DNA from: Squalus acanthias
Taxonomy: Eukaryota
Direction of reading: 5' to 3'
Length of the DNA stretch: 64,000 nucleotides
Assembly (NCBI GenBank): GCA_030390025.1
Contig: CM059432.1
Span: forward strand, 134,542,001 to 134,606,000
Positions 25,924 through 39,760 of the stretch are shown piece by piece. The position numbers were made by a program, and so were the translations under genes. The notes beneath the pieces are model-generated. The model made no database searches, was not told the DNA's origin, and saw nothing but the letters and a program-made list of their open reading frames with translations. Each line of letters starts with the position of its first letter. Position 1 is the first letter of the stretch.

Positions 25924-26354
25924 AATAATACATTTCTCAATGCAATGTCTGTAATGCCACAGGAATCCTATACAATGCTGTAGCATTATGTGCAAAAGAT
26001 AAACAGTGATTTCAAAACAGAAATATCATTGTAACAATATCTTTGATTAGGTTCATATGTTTTCAACATTACCTTTTTTCTAATTTGTTCGCGGGATGTG
26101 GGCGGCATTTATTGCCCATCCCTAGTTGTCCTAAGAAGGTTGTGATGGGCCTTCTGTAGCGATTCTTTTTTACAATTAAGTGGCTTGCTAGGCCATTTCA
26201 GAGTGCATTAAAAGTAAAGCACATCTATTTACAGGTTTATGAATAATGGGCTTCTGAGCTTTGGGAGGAGCCATTGTTGACATCGAGGTAGAAGCACTCC
26301 CAGCCACAGAAGACTGGAGCAGAGTGGGAAAAGATGACATTGGAGACGTAAGTG

Positions 26355-27841
26355 AGAAGAGTACTCCAGAACTAGCTGCGCCTCGAGCCAAGCTGTTCCA
26401 GTACAGCTACAACACTGGCATTTACCTGACAATGTGGAAAACTGCCCAGGTATGTCCTGTCCACAAAAAGCAGGACAAATCCAATCCAGCCAATTACCGC
26501 CCCATCAGCCTACTCTCAATCATTAGCAAAGTGATGGAAGGTGTCGTCGACAGTGCTATCAAGCGGCACTTACTCACCAATAACCTGCTCACCGATGCTC
26601 AGTTTGGGTTCCGTCAGGACCACTCGGCTCCAGACCTCATTACAGCCTTGGTCCAAACATGGACAAAAGAGCTGAATTCCAGAGGCGAGGTGAGAGTGAC
26701 ATCAAGGCAGCATTTGACCGAGTGTGGCATCAAGGAGCCCTCGTAAAACTGAAGTCAATGGGAATCAGGGGGAAAACGCTCCACTGGCTGGAGTCATACC
26801 TAGCACAAAGGAAGATGGTTGTAGTTGTCGGAGGTCAATCATCTTAGCCCCAGGACATCGCTGCAGGAGTTCCTCAGGGCAGTGTCCTAGGCCCAACCAT
26901 CTTCAGCTGCTTCATCAATGACCTTCCCTCCATCATAAGGTCAGAAATGGGGATGTTTGCTGATGACTGCACAGTGTTCAGCGCCATTCACAACTCCTCA
27001 GATAATGAAGCAGTTCATTTCCAAATGCAACAAGACCTGGACGACATTCAGGCTTGGGCTGATAAGTGGCAGGTAACATTCGCTCCACAAAAGTGCCAAG
27101 CAATGACTATCTCCAACAAGCGAGAGTCTAACCACCGCCCTTTGACATTCAACGGCATTACCATCGCCGAATCCCATATCATCAACATCCTGGGGGGTCA
27201 CTTAAGAAACTTAACTGGACCAGCCACATAAATACTGTGTCTACAAGAGCAGGTCAGAGGCTGGGTATTCTGCGGCGAGTCTCACCTCCTGACTCCCCAA
27301 AGCCTTTCCACCATCTACAACGCACAAGTAAGGAGTGTGATGAAATACTCTCCACTTGCCTGGATGAGTGCAGCTGCAACAACACTCAAGAAGCTCGACA
27401 CCATCCAGGACAAAGCAGCCTGCTTGATTGGCACCCCATCCACCACCTTAAACATTCACTCCCTCCACCACCGGCGCACCGTGGCTGCAGTGTGTACCAT
27501 CTACAAGATGCACTGCAGCAACTCGCCAAGGCTTCTTCGGCAGCACCTCCCAAACCCGCAACCTCAACCACCCAGAAGGACAAGGGCAGCAGGCACATGG
27601 GAACACCACCACCTCCAAGTTCCCCTCCAAGTTACACACCATCCTGACTTAGAAATATATCACCGTTCCTTCATCGTCGCTGGGTCAAAATCCTGGAACT
27701 CCTTCCCTAACAGCACTGTAGGAGTGCCTTCACCACACGGACTGCAGCGGTTTAAGAAGGCGGCTCACCATCACCTTCTCAAGGGCAATAAATGCTGGCC
27801 TTGCCAGCGATACCCACATCCCAGGAACAAATTAAAAAAAA
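26355..27841 (+). mobile_element. Second CR1-group LINE family, 5'-truncated, A-rich tail
   Basis: NYRPISLLSIISKVME, QFGFR, DIKAAFDRVWH, GVPQGSVLGP, FADD; frameshifts. Confidence 0.9.
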
Positions 27842-27899
27842 GTGGACACTGGCCCTAGATACCCTGCAGGAGACTTGAGTGAATGGCAACATTACAACC

Positions 27900-28200
27900 A
27901 ACATGGAGGACACAGATTTAAGGTGATTGGCAGAAGAACCAAAGGCGACATGAGGAAAAACTTTTTTAATCAGCGAATTGTTAATCTCTGGAATGCAGTG
28001 CCTGAAAGGGTGGTGGAGGCAGACTCAATCACGGCTTTCAAAAGGGAGTTAGATAAGTACGTGAAGGAAAAAATTTTGCAGGGCTAAGGGGAAAGGGCGG
28101 AGGAGCGGGACTTGCTGAAGTGCTCTTGCAGAGAGCCGGCAAGGGCTCGACGGGCCGAATGGCCTTCTTCTGTGCTGTAACCACTCTATGGTTCAATGAA
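27900..28200 (+). mobile_element. CR1 3' fragment
   Basis: GHRFKVIGRRTKGDMRKNFFNQRIVNLWN. Confidence 0.85.
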
Positions 28201-28237
28201 AGTTTTTCACAAGTGTGGCCAGTAAATTAACTGGAGA

Positions 28238-28553
28238 GCAGCACCTCCCAAACCCGCGACCTCTTCCACCTAGAAGGACAAGGGCAGCAGGCGCATGGGA
28301 ACACCACCACCTCCAAGTTCCCTCCAAGTCACACACCATCCTGACTTAGAAGTAAATCGGCCGATCCTTCATCGTCGCTGGGTCAAAATCCTGGAACTCC
28401 CTCTCTAACAGCACTTTGGGAGTACCTTCACCACATGGAATGCAGCGGTTCAAGAAAGTGGCTCACCACCACCTTCTCAAGGGCAACTAGGGATGGGCAA
28501 TAAATGCTGGCCTTGCCAGCGACGCCCACATCCCATAAACAAATTTAAAAAAA
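28238..28553 (+). mobile_element. 3' end of second CR1-group family
   Basis: Homologous to 27540-27841. Confidence 0.88.
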
Positions 28554-28641
28554 TGTCTGCCAATTATATTCAGCCCAATGGCATATTATATGATCTGACC
28601 ATGTCTATGTGCACTAAGGCATCCCAGGTTGAATTCTAGTA

Positions 28642-29260
28642 TAACAACAACAACTACTTGCATTTATATAGCGCCTTTAACATAGTAAAACGTCGCCAAG
28701 TGCTTCACAGGAACAAACAAAATTTGACACCGAGCCACTTGAGGAGATATTAGGGCAGATGATCAGAAGCTTGGTCAAAGAGGTAGGTTTTAAGGAGCAT
28801 CTTAAAGGAGGAAAGAGAGGCGGAGAGGTTTAGGGAGGAATTCCAGAGCTTAGGGCCTCGGCTGCTGAACGTCCGGCCGCCAATGGTGAAGTGATTAAAA
28901 TCGGGATGCTCAAGAGGCCATAATTGGAGGAGCGCAGTTATCTCGGAGGGTTGTAGGGCTGGAGGGGATTACACAGATAGGGAGGGGTGAGGCCATGGAG
29001 GGATTTGAAAACAAGGATGAAAATTTAAAAATCGAGGCCTTGCTTAACCGGGAGCCAACATAGGTCAGCGAGCTCAGGGATGATGGGTGAACGGATCTAG
29101 GTGCGAGATAGGACACGGGCAGCAGAGTTTTAGATGACCTCAAGTTTACGGAGGGTAGAATGTGGGAGGCCGGCCAGGAATGCATTGGAATAATCAAGTC
29201 TAGAGGTAACAAAGGCATGGATGAAGGTTTCAGCAGCAGATGGGCAGAGTCAGGCAATGT
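28642..29260 (-). mobile_element. L2 3' portion
   Basis: Reverse complement of the L2 3' end seen at ~17350-17970. Confidence 0.9.
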
Positions 29261-30261
29261 TAGATATCATCAATGGGCTGCTGAAGTAGATGCATAACCT
29301 TCAACCTTGAATTTCTGGGAGGGCAATGTGCTAGCATCTGCCTAATCTGGCTGTCATGTCCCCTTGTCATGTAATGGAAGACCTTTCTGAACGTTTGCAG
29401 CACCCCAAAAAGAAGCCATCTGCTGATCGTTGATGATGGGCATTTCTGTTCATCAGCAAAATATTGCAAATCCCCCACCTTGCATGGTATATGCTCAGTG
29501 GTTGTGGATGATTCTTTCTCCCAGAATATTCTTTGCCCTCCTGTATTTAAACACTGTTCTCCAAAATGGTACGGCCTCGGAGCTGAATTATAATGATTCT
29601 TCTGTCAAGACAATAAAGACATTATGCAACGTGTGACTCGAGATTGCACCTATGCTGGAAATGGGGAACAACTGCTGCAGTTGTAAGTCAGGCAGGGAAT
29701 ACGTGTATGTATTTAAATCTGCAGGGAATATTAACAGCTTACTAAGGCAGGTGTTGTGCACGGTGGATTTTAACTACTTTTACTGTATTCCAGATTTTTA
29801 AGAAACAGTTTCTTTAGCTACCCAGATTGCTGGGACTGTAGTGATGAACTTGCTTCCTTACAGAGTATTTTGAACAGATTCGTTATTTCCTCAGATGACA
29901 TATGCCATTCTTTTACATGCAAATCGGCCTCCTTCTTGCCTTCATTTTGCACCTTTGCCACCAGTAACATATTCTATTACATTCATTAGCATTGTTGGCA
30001 CACTAATTCTGAATAATATATGCTAACAATGATTTGAATAATTCCATCTAACTTCTGTTTAGGTCTTTTAGTTCATTGCCAGCAGTAAGTAAAGATACTG
30101 TTCATTGAAATTTGCGTTTACCACTGCACAACTGTGTAAAATAACCTAAAAGCTGGAAATCAGAATATCATCTCAAAATGATATATTATCTGGAGCAATA
30201 CCTCCTCAATGCAGGTTAAACAGTCGGGGCATCAGAATATTAGGTTTTGAGTATCAAATAC

Positions 30262-31136
30262 TGTTAGGTTTGATTAACCCGGAGATCCAATGATTTGACG
30301 TCGACCAGTATTGGTGGCAGTGATTAAACTTTATTCAGCACAAGCGAGACTTGATGCATTACAGTATCTGAGCAGTAGTTTTCAAGGTATAATTGAGAGT
30401 TTATGCCCTGGGTAGAAGTCGCGATCATACGTATTTACACCCCCTGGCTCCGGCCCCTGGCTTGTCCTCTGGGTGTCTCCTGAATTCCTTGAATTCTCTC
30501 TGAAGTCTTCTAAACCTTCTGTCCGTTCGAACCCCCTTCTGATACCCTTTTCTACAATTCAAAACTACTGAATGACACTAATTTAATCATAGGCTTACAC
30601 CCATCATCTTATTGTCCAATTAAAGAAATGTCATGCACACAATGTCCCTGTTTGCTCAGGTTTCGATCTCTGACATCACTTACTTTGACTGTTGGGGGCT
30701 GTTATCATTGTGGCTGTTGTAACACTAAAAGGAACATGTCTTCACAGTGAAGAGATCTGGTGTCCTTGATCACATTCCAATTGATTAGGTTACCCGCCTA
30801 TTCTTGGTTCCCATGGGAACATGGCTGCCTCTGCTTGCTGCCCTATTCTTTCTTGATGCGGAGATTACTTCTGCTGATAGCTGACTTTTAACTTAATTTT
30901 AGCCAGGTTGCTCATTCCTTCTCTTTTAATTGTCTCGCTTCTCCTTCCACCCCCGTCAGCTTGCATCACTTCCTAACTGTTACCTGCTGGAGCCAGTGCG
31001 CCTCTGAGGTCACACAAGCAGTAAAATACAGCAATGGTGTAAGGCGCCAGCACTCCAGCATATACATATTTCGGTTAAACTTTTATTCTAATTAAGAAAT
31101 GAATAGACCCTGGAGGGTTCTCAGGTAATCCCATCA
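30262..31136 (-). mobile_element. Solo LTR
   Basis: TG…CA termini (TGTTAGG/CCCATCA), 4-bp TSD ATAC on both sides, minus-strand AATAAA at ~30329. Confidence 0.7.
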
Positions 31137-31529
31137 ATACACACAGCATTGTAAAAGTGGCACTGCACTGAAAAAAAAGGCATATACCACAAGAAACCAT
31201 CACAGAAATTAAACACATCTGAGAGTAATAAATGTTACTGTTGTGGAGTTAATTGTCCACACAAGAAAGAACAAGTATCTTGTCCTGATGGAGGAGACTG
31301 CGGCACAAACATAACAACTTTATAGGATATCGGCATTCTAAAGCACCAGGTAGTGATGCAGGATGGATCATAACCCAAGTTTCCAAGGAATGGTACATGA
31401 AACAGATTGGAGTGAATAAAATGCATTCTGAGGACAGCACTGGAAAGGTATGTCACAAGGATCATAATTCATTCTGCACTGATTAATATGGTTATGCCAA
31501 ATATCATGTCAAACAACTATTATTCAAGT

Positions 31530-31795
31530 AGCAAACATGGGAACACCACCAGCTCCAAGTTCCCTTCCAAGTCACACACCATCCTGACTTGGAAGTATAT
31601 CGCCGTTTATTCAACGTCGCTGGGTCAAAATCCTGGAACTCCCTCCCTAACAGCACTGTGGGAGTACCTTCACCACACGGACTGCAGCGGTTCAAAGAAG
31701 GCGGCTCACCACCACCTTCTCGAGGGCAATTAGGGATGGGCAATAAATGCTGGCCTTGTCAGCGACGCCAACATCCCGTGAATGAATAAAAGAAA
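31530..31795 (+). mobile_element. 3' end of second CR1-group family
   Basis: Homologous to 28290-28553. Confidence 0.88.
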
Positions 31796-32281
31796 ACAGC
31801 GCTGTAAAAGTAAATGGGCTCCAGGGAAAGTATAAACTTACTCAACGAGAATTTTTTTTTATAACTAACTGAAAATATATAGCACTAATACCTCACTACA
31901 TAGATCAAGTACCTCTCTACTCATTAAAGGACTATTTTGCACCACAGTTGAATTAAACCCAAAGTAACATTTGCAACATTCTATGTGGTGAAAGAAAAGA
32001 ATGGATTACTGTTAAAGTGTCTGAAATAAGGAAGATGGTAAACAGAACAGCACCTTTTGAACAGAAATGTGTCCTATGGCTTTCATTCACTACAGGTTGC
32101 TGATGCAGCTGCTGCTTACATTCTCAGTCAACAGCCAGCCGGACCCGATGGTGAAGCTGGACAAGTCCTAGTTAGACAGAGACTGTTTTGCCTTATTTTG
32201 AGCGCGAGGTCACAACAGCCAGTAATCTAGGGAGGGGATCTACTGTAACCCCAGACACATGTATGAGACTACCAACAACGG

Positions 32282-32583
32282 TTCGGATGAGATGTTAAAC
32301 CGAGGCCCCCGTCTGCCCTGTGGACATAAAAGATCCCTTGGCACTATTCGAAGAAGAGCAGGGGAGTTCTCCCCGGTGTCTTGGCCCATATTTATCCTTC
32401 AACCAACACCTAAAAACAAATTATCTGCTCATTATCACATTGCTGTTTGTGGGACCTTGCTATGTGCAACTTGGCTGCCGCGTTTCCCTGCATTACAACT
32501 GTGACTAAACTTCAAACGCACTTCCTTGACTGCAAAGCGCTTTGGGACGTCCTGAGGCAATATATAAATGCAAGTCTTTCTTT
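32282..32583 (+). mobile_element. Deu-domain SINE, 5'-truncated
   Basis: Deu core and tail as at 18810-19085. Confidence 0.85.
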
Positions 32584-33046
32584 AACAACCTCTTTTTAAA
32601 ACCTGATAATTAAAGGTAAACCAAAATGTAGCATTTTCTGTATTGGTACCATATACTCCCAGAACTTAGAAACCCCCTGTAGGTTTCACCAATGGCTAAT
32701 TGAGAATAAACAGCTTATCTTCTGGATATATTGTTTGGTGATTGGGGTGACCATCTTTTAATGTATGCTATCAAGCCTCTTTTCTATTTGGGGACTACAA
32801 AGGAAATCTACTTTTGGTTTTATGGAATCAATTCATAACTCTGGAACATAATAATGCATAATACCTTATGTCCCTTGCGTAGCACAATGCTGCTGAATGT
32901 TAGGACTGGCTGCTTTACATGATGGAAACACCTACATCTATAGTAACCTTATTTGTGGAACTCCTCTAGTTCTCAGTGTAGGATGGGAACAATTACTCTC
33001 TGGCTCTGGTGTTATTGGGGCTAGGGTGCCATTAGTTGTTTTGAGT

Positions 33047-33592
33047 AACATAGAAACACAGAAGATAGGAGCAGGAGTCGGTCATTCGGCCCCTTGAGCC
33101 TTCAATGCGATCATGGCTGATCATCCAAACTCAGTACCCTGTCCCTGCCTTCTCCCCATATCCCTTGATCCCCCTAGCCTTAAAAAATATATCTAACTCC
33201 TTCTTGAATATATTTAATGAATTGGACTCAACTGTCTTCTGTGGTAGAGAATTCCACAGGTTCACCACTCTCTGGGTGAAGAAATTCCTCCTCATCTCAG
33301 TCCTAAATGGCTTACCCCTTATCCTTAGACTGTGACCCCTGGTTCTGGACTCCCCCGCCATCGGGAACATCCTTCCTGCATCTAGTCTGTCTAGTCCTGT
33401 TAGAATTTTATAAGTTTCAATGAGATCCCCTCATTCTTCTAAACTCTAGCGAATACAAGCCCAATCGACCCAATCTCTCATCATACGTCATTCCTGCCAT
33501 CCCAGGTATCAGTCTGGTGAATCTTCGCTGCACTCCCTCCATGGCAAGAACATCCTTCCTCAGATAAGGCGATCAAAACTGCACACAATACT
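33047..33592 (-). mobile_element. CR1 3' fragment
   Basis: ORF 33131..33370 is the CR1 C-terminus. Confidence 0.9.
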
Positions 33593-33837
33593 TTTGTGAC
33601 TAGTTTGTTGGTTTGGATTCAGGTGGTGGTGTTTCAACTCTGCAGAGATAATGCATTTGTAGTCACTGTTTGATCATGTATATCATACCAAATGGCCTGA
33701 AGTTTTGCAATAACAACTGAGCATTTCTGGGTGAAAAGTGATCATTTGAAATGAATCCCCTATTCTTGGAATGCAAAACTATTAAATATGTTTCTGGCAG
33801 GTGAAATGATAATACCCAACAAATACCTGTTCAAGTA

Positions 33838-34200
33838 TAAACATAAAATGCTGGAAATACTCAGCAGGTCAGGCAGCATCTGTGGAGACAGAAACAGAGT
33901 TAACGTTTCAGGTCAATGACCTTTTGTCAGAACTGGAAAAAGTTAGAGATGTAACAGGTTTTAAGCAAGTACAGAGGCTGGGAAAGGGGGGAGGGGAGGA
34001 AAGAACAAAAGGGAAGGTCTGTGATAGGGTGGAAGGCAGGAGTGATTAAATGACAAAAGGTATGATGGTGCGAGGGAAAGGAGATGCTAAAGGGACAAGT
34101 AAAGAAACAAAAGATGGGTCTAGAGGAGGTGTAAATGGGAATAGCAGAATCATCAGCAACAGCTGCCATCTGAAAAAATGGGGGCCGAGGTTATGGTGTG
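33838..34200 (-). mobile_element. Penelope-like element 3'/pLTR fragment with mutated hammerhead (33898-33934)
   Basis: Homologous to 40690-41050; hammerhead core reads CTGACAA instead of CTGATGA. Confidence 0.85.
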
Positions 34201-35488
34201 AAATATCCCAGCTTAGGGACAAATGCTAGAGAGAGATTTCAACCATTTGCGATCCCTTTTTTTCCCCTAATCTGTATGTGAATAATATATTGATTTAAAT
34301 CAATCCTCATGTAACTGCGCCATATGTACTGAGCCTAACACATAATTTTGATACCATATTGGAAAACATATGTCTTTATCATATTGAAGCCATTTCCGTT
34401 TTATTTGCAGGCTAAATGGACCCAAAATCTTGGCATTATATTAATCCCAGAGGAAGAAATGACGTAAATTATGGTACAATTTTAAACAAAATTAAACCAA
34501 TTTATGATGATAGGAATCTCGACTACTATCATTATGGCCCATGGTGGATGTAATTACATTAAATCGTCTCAAAAAGCAAATTACTTATTGAACACTATTG
34601 CATTCGTGCTTTCTAAAGATTTGTTTGTGAAATGTAAACAACATGCAAACCATCTCATTACAGGAAGATTGCTTACATGCAGTCTCACTTAGATACTGGA
34701 GGATTTGTCGTTTCTCTCTTATTGTGTAGTGTTCCTTTTAATACAAGCATTTCACTGGATTGGCACGACTGATCAGCCCCCTTCCTCTCAGGTACAATTA
34801 GGAAAAAAAAGGTACAATTAGGAATCAAAAACTCAAATCTTAAATGTATTCAGCTTCCAGCAGAAAGACAGAGGCATCCTATGATTACAAATTAGTATCA
34901 TCATAAAGGAGCCATCTGATTCTGCGAGAAAGGAGGATTAATGAGTGGTAAAAGCCTCCATTGTTAGAATGAACTTGACTGCCACTTCTCAATGTTGCCT
35001 CAGGATTTAATTTGATCTCTCTACTTAAGTCATAATGAATGTTAAAATGTGTTTTGTGCTGGATAGGAGACGCTGAGCAGTTTTAAATGCTATTTTGTCT
35101 CATGCTTAAGTCAGCTTTCATTCCCCTATTCTGACATAAAGCATCTTTGCAACATTAATTCCAGTCATATTAATCTATGGTTGGGTAACTTGCTCTTTTA
35201 TCCAAATGCATTTATTATGAATACATGCCTGCTAGCCAGCCAATCTGAACGTGTTATCAATTGTAGTCAAGAGGGCGGCCGAACTGCCTGCTCTGGGCCT
35301 CTGCCTGCAGCATATGTAGCTGATTGGATAACTAGTTGGTTGATCTCCCGTGGTGTTGCTCACATTAAGTCAAAGGATGGATCTATTAAGTGCCACGGGA
35401 CGTTTTACTACATTAAAGGCACTATATAAATGCAGAAAACGCTGGAAAAACTCAGCAGGCCAGGCAGCATCCGTGGAGAGAGAAAGAG

Positions 35489-35525
35489 AGTTGACGTTTC
35501 AGGTCGATGACCTTTCATCAGAACT
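35489..35525 (-). ncRNA. Minimal hammerhead ribozyme (inverted-arm copy)
   Basis: Exact reverse complement of 36519-36555. Confidence 0.85.
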
Positions 35526-36518
35526 GGGAAGAGCTGGAAATCAAATAGATTTAAGGCCAGGGTAAAGCTGGGAAAAGGGGGAGGGGATAAAGGAACAAAG
35601 GAGGAGATGAAGAGACATTAAGAGACATTAAGAGATATGCAAGGCTAGAGGTGGTGTTAATGTGACAGATTAAGGCTGAATGAAGTGTGAAATCTACTGG
35701 CAGAATGAAGGACAGCTGCCAGCTTCTAGGAGGAAAAAAAAGGTGGGGGGGACAAATAAAAGGGTAGATAAAATAAAATGTAAATGTGATTGGAGCTGAG
35801 GTTATGATCTAAAATTGTTGAACTCGATATTGAGTCCAGAGGGCTGTAGCGTGCCACATGCCCTTATACCTCCCCTCTTCCCACTGTCCAGGGCCCCAAA
35901 CACCCCTTCCAGGTGAAACAGCGATTTACTTGTACTTCCTGCAATTTAGTATACTGTATTCGCTGCTCACGATGTGGACTCCTCTACATTGGGGAGACCA
36001 AACGCAGATTGGGTGACCGCTTTGCGGAACACCTCCGTTCAGTCCGTAAGGGGGACCCCGAGCTCCCGGTGGCCTGTCACTTTAATTCACCGCTTCACTC
36101 CCACTCTGACCTCACCGTCCTCGGCCTAATACACTGTTCCACGGAAGCTCAGCGTAAGCTCGAGGAACAGCACCTCATCTTTCGTTTAGGCACGCTACAG
36201 CCCTCTGGACTCAATATCGAGTTCAACAATTTTAGATCATAACCTCAGCTCCAATCACATTTACATTTTATTTTATCTACCCTTTTATTTGTCCCCCCCA
36301 CCTTTTTTTTCCTCCTAGAAGCTGGCAGCTGTCCTTCATTCTGCCAGTAGATTTCACACTTCATTCAGCCTTAATCTGTCACATTAACACCACCTCTAGC
36401 CTTGCATATCTCTTAATGTCTCTTAATGTCTCTTCATCTCCTCCTTTGTTCCTTTATCCCCTCCCCCTTTTCCCAGCTTTACCCTGGCCTTAAATCTATT
36501 TGATTTCCAGCTCTTCCC

Positions 36519-36555
36519 AGTTCTGATGAAAGGTCATCGACCTGAAACGTCAACT
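36519..36555 (+). ncRNA. Minimal type I hammerhead ribozyme
   Basis: AGTT-CTGATGA-A-AGGTC(ATC)GACCT-GAAA-CG-TC-AACT: stem I, core, stem II, GUC cleavage triplet. Confidence 0.85.
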
Positions 36556-37009
36556 CTCTTTCTCTCTCCACGGATGCTGCCTGGCCTGCTGAGTTTTTCC
36601 AGCGTTTTCTGTTGTTATTTCGGATTTCCAGCATCTGCAGTATTTTGCTATCCTATATAAATGCAAGTTGTTGTTCATCAAAACTGATTAAGAATACAAA
36701 AAAAATCACTGAATCATATATGCACGTGTAAAATATGAGTGTGAATTTTGTCCATATTATTTTACCCAGTAATTAGATTTGTGATTAATGACAGAAAGGA
36801 AAAATGTATGTTATAAGCTCTGAATTATGTGTGGCATTAATATTCAATGATTTATAATTCATTATCACTATTTCCTATATGCGCCGGACTGCTACTCCTG
36901 CATGTTGAAAGGCAATCTAATTTGGTGAAAAACAATTTGGGTTATTCTGTTGCATCTCATTGTTGATCAGAAGTCATGGATTTAGTTGAGTTGGGTAGTT
37001 TGGGGGTGG

Positions 37010-37315
37010 GGGGAGGAGTCCAGAACAAGGGAGCATAACCTTAAAATTAGAGCTAGGCCATTCAGGGGTGATGTCAGGAAGCACTTCGTCACACAAAGGG
37101 TAGTGGAAATCGGGAACTCTCTCCCTGAAAAATCTGTTGAGGCGGGGGGGTCAATTGATAATTTCAAAACTGAGATTGCTAGATTTTTGTTAGGAAAGGG
37201 TGTTAAGGGTCATGGAACCACGGCGAGTAGGTGGAGTTAAGATACAGATCAGCCACGATCTAGTTGAATGGTGGAACAGGGCTCGAGGGACTGATTAGCC
37301 TACTCCTGGTCCTAT
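37010..37315 (+). mobile_element. CR1 3' fragment; its tail resumes at 43710
   Basis: ESRTREHNLKIRARPFRGDVRKHFVTQRVV. Confidence 0.85.
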
Positions 37316-37852
37316 GGCCGGAATTTTCTCGTTGCCATGTGTGCGAATTTGGAGGCAGGTCAGCTGTAAAAATTGTAAAACTAGGCAGTGTGTCGGGAAC
37401 CCGCCGTCCTTCCGCCTCCTCGCACCTTTAACTCCGGCACGTTTCCCAGCACGCCAGAAGAGGAGGGCGACCTAATTCAACTCATTAAATGCTAGTTACC
37501 AGACCCTTCACAGGGGTTTTAACTGCATCTTCTGGATTTAACGGCACGAGCACAGGAAGCACGCAGCTCGGGAGTCTCGCCTGTGAAGGGGAGGCGGAAG
37601 CTCAGTGGCCATTGTGCGAGGGCATTAATTGACAGCTGGGAATACCAGATAAATACACACACCCTACACCTCATTAGTTGCCCAAGGGAAAGGCTGTTGC
37701 TGACTCCATTTTCAGCACAGATTTAGGTTTCTGGAGTTTGCAGGTCATTTCTGCAACCTTGGAAGCCACTCTCAGCACATTGCTACTCACTATCACAACA
37801 TTGAGGGATTGGCCCTCTGATCGCTACTTTACCTGCCATCTATTACATCAGC

Positions 37853-39066
37853 ATGGGTGCCGCTTATACTGTCTCACCTTAGACCTCAGAATCGGACCAA
37901 GATGAGCCCCAACACCAATAACACCAGCCACACCAGCAGCAACCACAACAGCAGCCTTCTCCTCAATGACCTGATACGCCACAGGAAAGAGGTGGACAAC
38001 ACAGGGCTGCAGCATGCCGGAGGCGATACCCCCAACACAGGATATTCAGGCAGAGGATGAGCTTCCTCAACATGACTGAGCAGCAGTGCTTCAGGAGGCT
38101 CACGCTATCGCGCTAGGTCATCGCAGACATTTGCAGATTGCTGGAACAAGACCTGCTGCCCAGAGGTCCTGGTGGACACTCCTTACCAGTGGCTGTCAAA
38201 GTCACCAGCGCCCTCAACTTCTTCACCTCAGGCTCCTCCCAGGGATCTGCAGCAGACATTTGCGAGATCTCGCAGTCGGCCGCCCACAGATGCACCACCC
38301 AGGTGACCGATGCCATGTTTCACAAGTCAGCCAATTATATCAACTTTGCCACTGATGAGGCCAGGGTTACTGAGCGTGTGCTCGGCTTTGCGGCTCTGGC
38401 TGGCTTCCCACAGGTGCAGGGCGTCATCGACTGCACACATGTGGCCATGAAGGCACCCCGTCATCACCCAGGAGTGTTTGTGAACCGCAAAGGCTTCCAC
38501 TCCCTCAATGTGCAGCTCGTCTGCAACCATAAAAAAAAATGATTATGCCTGTGTGCGCCAGATTCCCTGGCAGATGTCATGACTCATGCTGCGCCAGTCC
38601 ACCCTCCCTCAGTTCTTCGCACCTCCAAATAGACTTACCAGCTGCCTGCTTGGAGACAAGGGCTATCCACTGAAGATGTGGCTCATGACACCCCTGAGGA
38701 GGCCAAGTACTGAGACCGAGGAACGTTATAATGAGAGCCACATCGCTACCAGATGTGTCATAGAACAAGCAATAGTCATGCAGAAGATGTGCTTGACAGA
38801 TTTGGAGGAGCCCTTCAGTATGCACCAGCCAGGGTCTCCCGAATCATCGTCGTCTGCTGCGCACTGCACAACAAAGAGCAGCAGCGAGGATTGGAGTTGC
38901 AGGAGGAGCAAGGCGCAGAGCGCACAGCCTCTTCAGAGGAGGAGGAGGAGGACAAGCAGGTGTAAGACGAGGAGGAGGAGGAAGCTGAGATGCAGATGCC
39001 ACCAGCAGCGGCACCACTGCTGCCCGGGAGGCCCGGGATGGCCTCATCATAGCCAGATTTACTTAA
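37853..39066 (+). pseudogene. Harbinger DDE transposase pseudogene (HARBI1-like family)
   Basis: [14 protein letters not shown]…[23 protein letters not shown]…[22 protein letters not shown]; frameshifts. Confidence 0.9.
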
Positions 39067-39760
39067 CTTGCTCCAATTCAGCTACATGGCTGCCACATGT
39101 TGTACTAAGTTTCCCCCCAACCCCGCCACCCCACCATAACAACACCATAAAGCATCCCTACAATGACCGATCCATTGCTCCACCCAAAGCCCCAATGCTC
39201 GAGGTTAAGTAATGTCTCTCCATTCACTCCAAGTGACAAAGCCACTTCCAAGGTTTGAGGCAAAAATGGACAAGACCGGAAAGTGGTGCAAAGAAATCCA
39301 TTTGTGTGTGTTATCAAAATAAATGAAACTTAGCACTAACATTTTTTGATGCACTCATGTGCTTACCGTTGTGCATCTACTTTTGTGTCATTTTTCTTTT
39401 CCAAGTGCTTCTAAGAGGTGCAACCCCTGTGGCTTCAGCAGAGGTAGTTGCAGGCTGTTCACGTCCCTGCTGCGACTGTACAGACACTTTTGGCGGACGT
39501 CCTCTGGGCTTTGGAGTCTGTGATGGCCCCGCCAAAGTCTGCTCCTCCTGCGACTGTGCAGGGGAAAACTCCGAGGAAGCATTTGGGGCTCTGACTGAGG
39601 GAGAGGCAACGGGGGAGAAGTGGGAGCACTTTGAGCAGAGCCCCCACTGCCATGTTCCCTCTCACCATCATCCCTCTCATGGGCCACCCGCACTTCCCTG
39701 CAAGCAAGGAGCTGGTGAGAACCTTGCTGCACAGCAGTGGGGCGATGAAGGCCCAAGTCA

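Larger units (their letters stand above)
35433..36652 (+). mobile_element. Penelope-like element, 5'-truncated, with inverted 423-bp terminal arm
   Basis: ORF 35913..36242 GIY-YIG endonuclease (NLVYCIRCSRCGLLYIGETKRRLGDRFAEH…EEQHLIFRLGTLQPSGLN); arms 35433-35855 and 36189-36611; 13-bp TSD CTATATAAATGCA. Confidence 0.93.

Noticed and set aside
37853..39066. Host HARBI1 gene
   Set aside because: Frameshifted and enclosed by TIRs and a TSD with a partner Myb-like gene, so it is a transposon copy.
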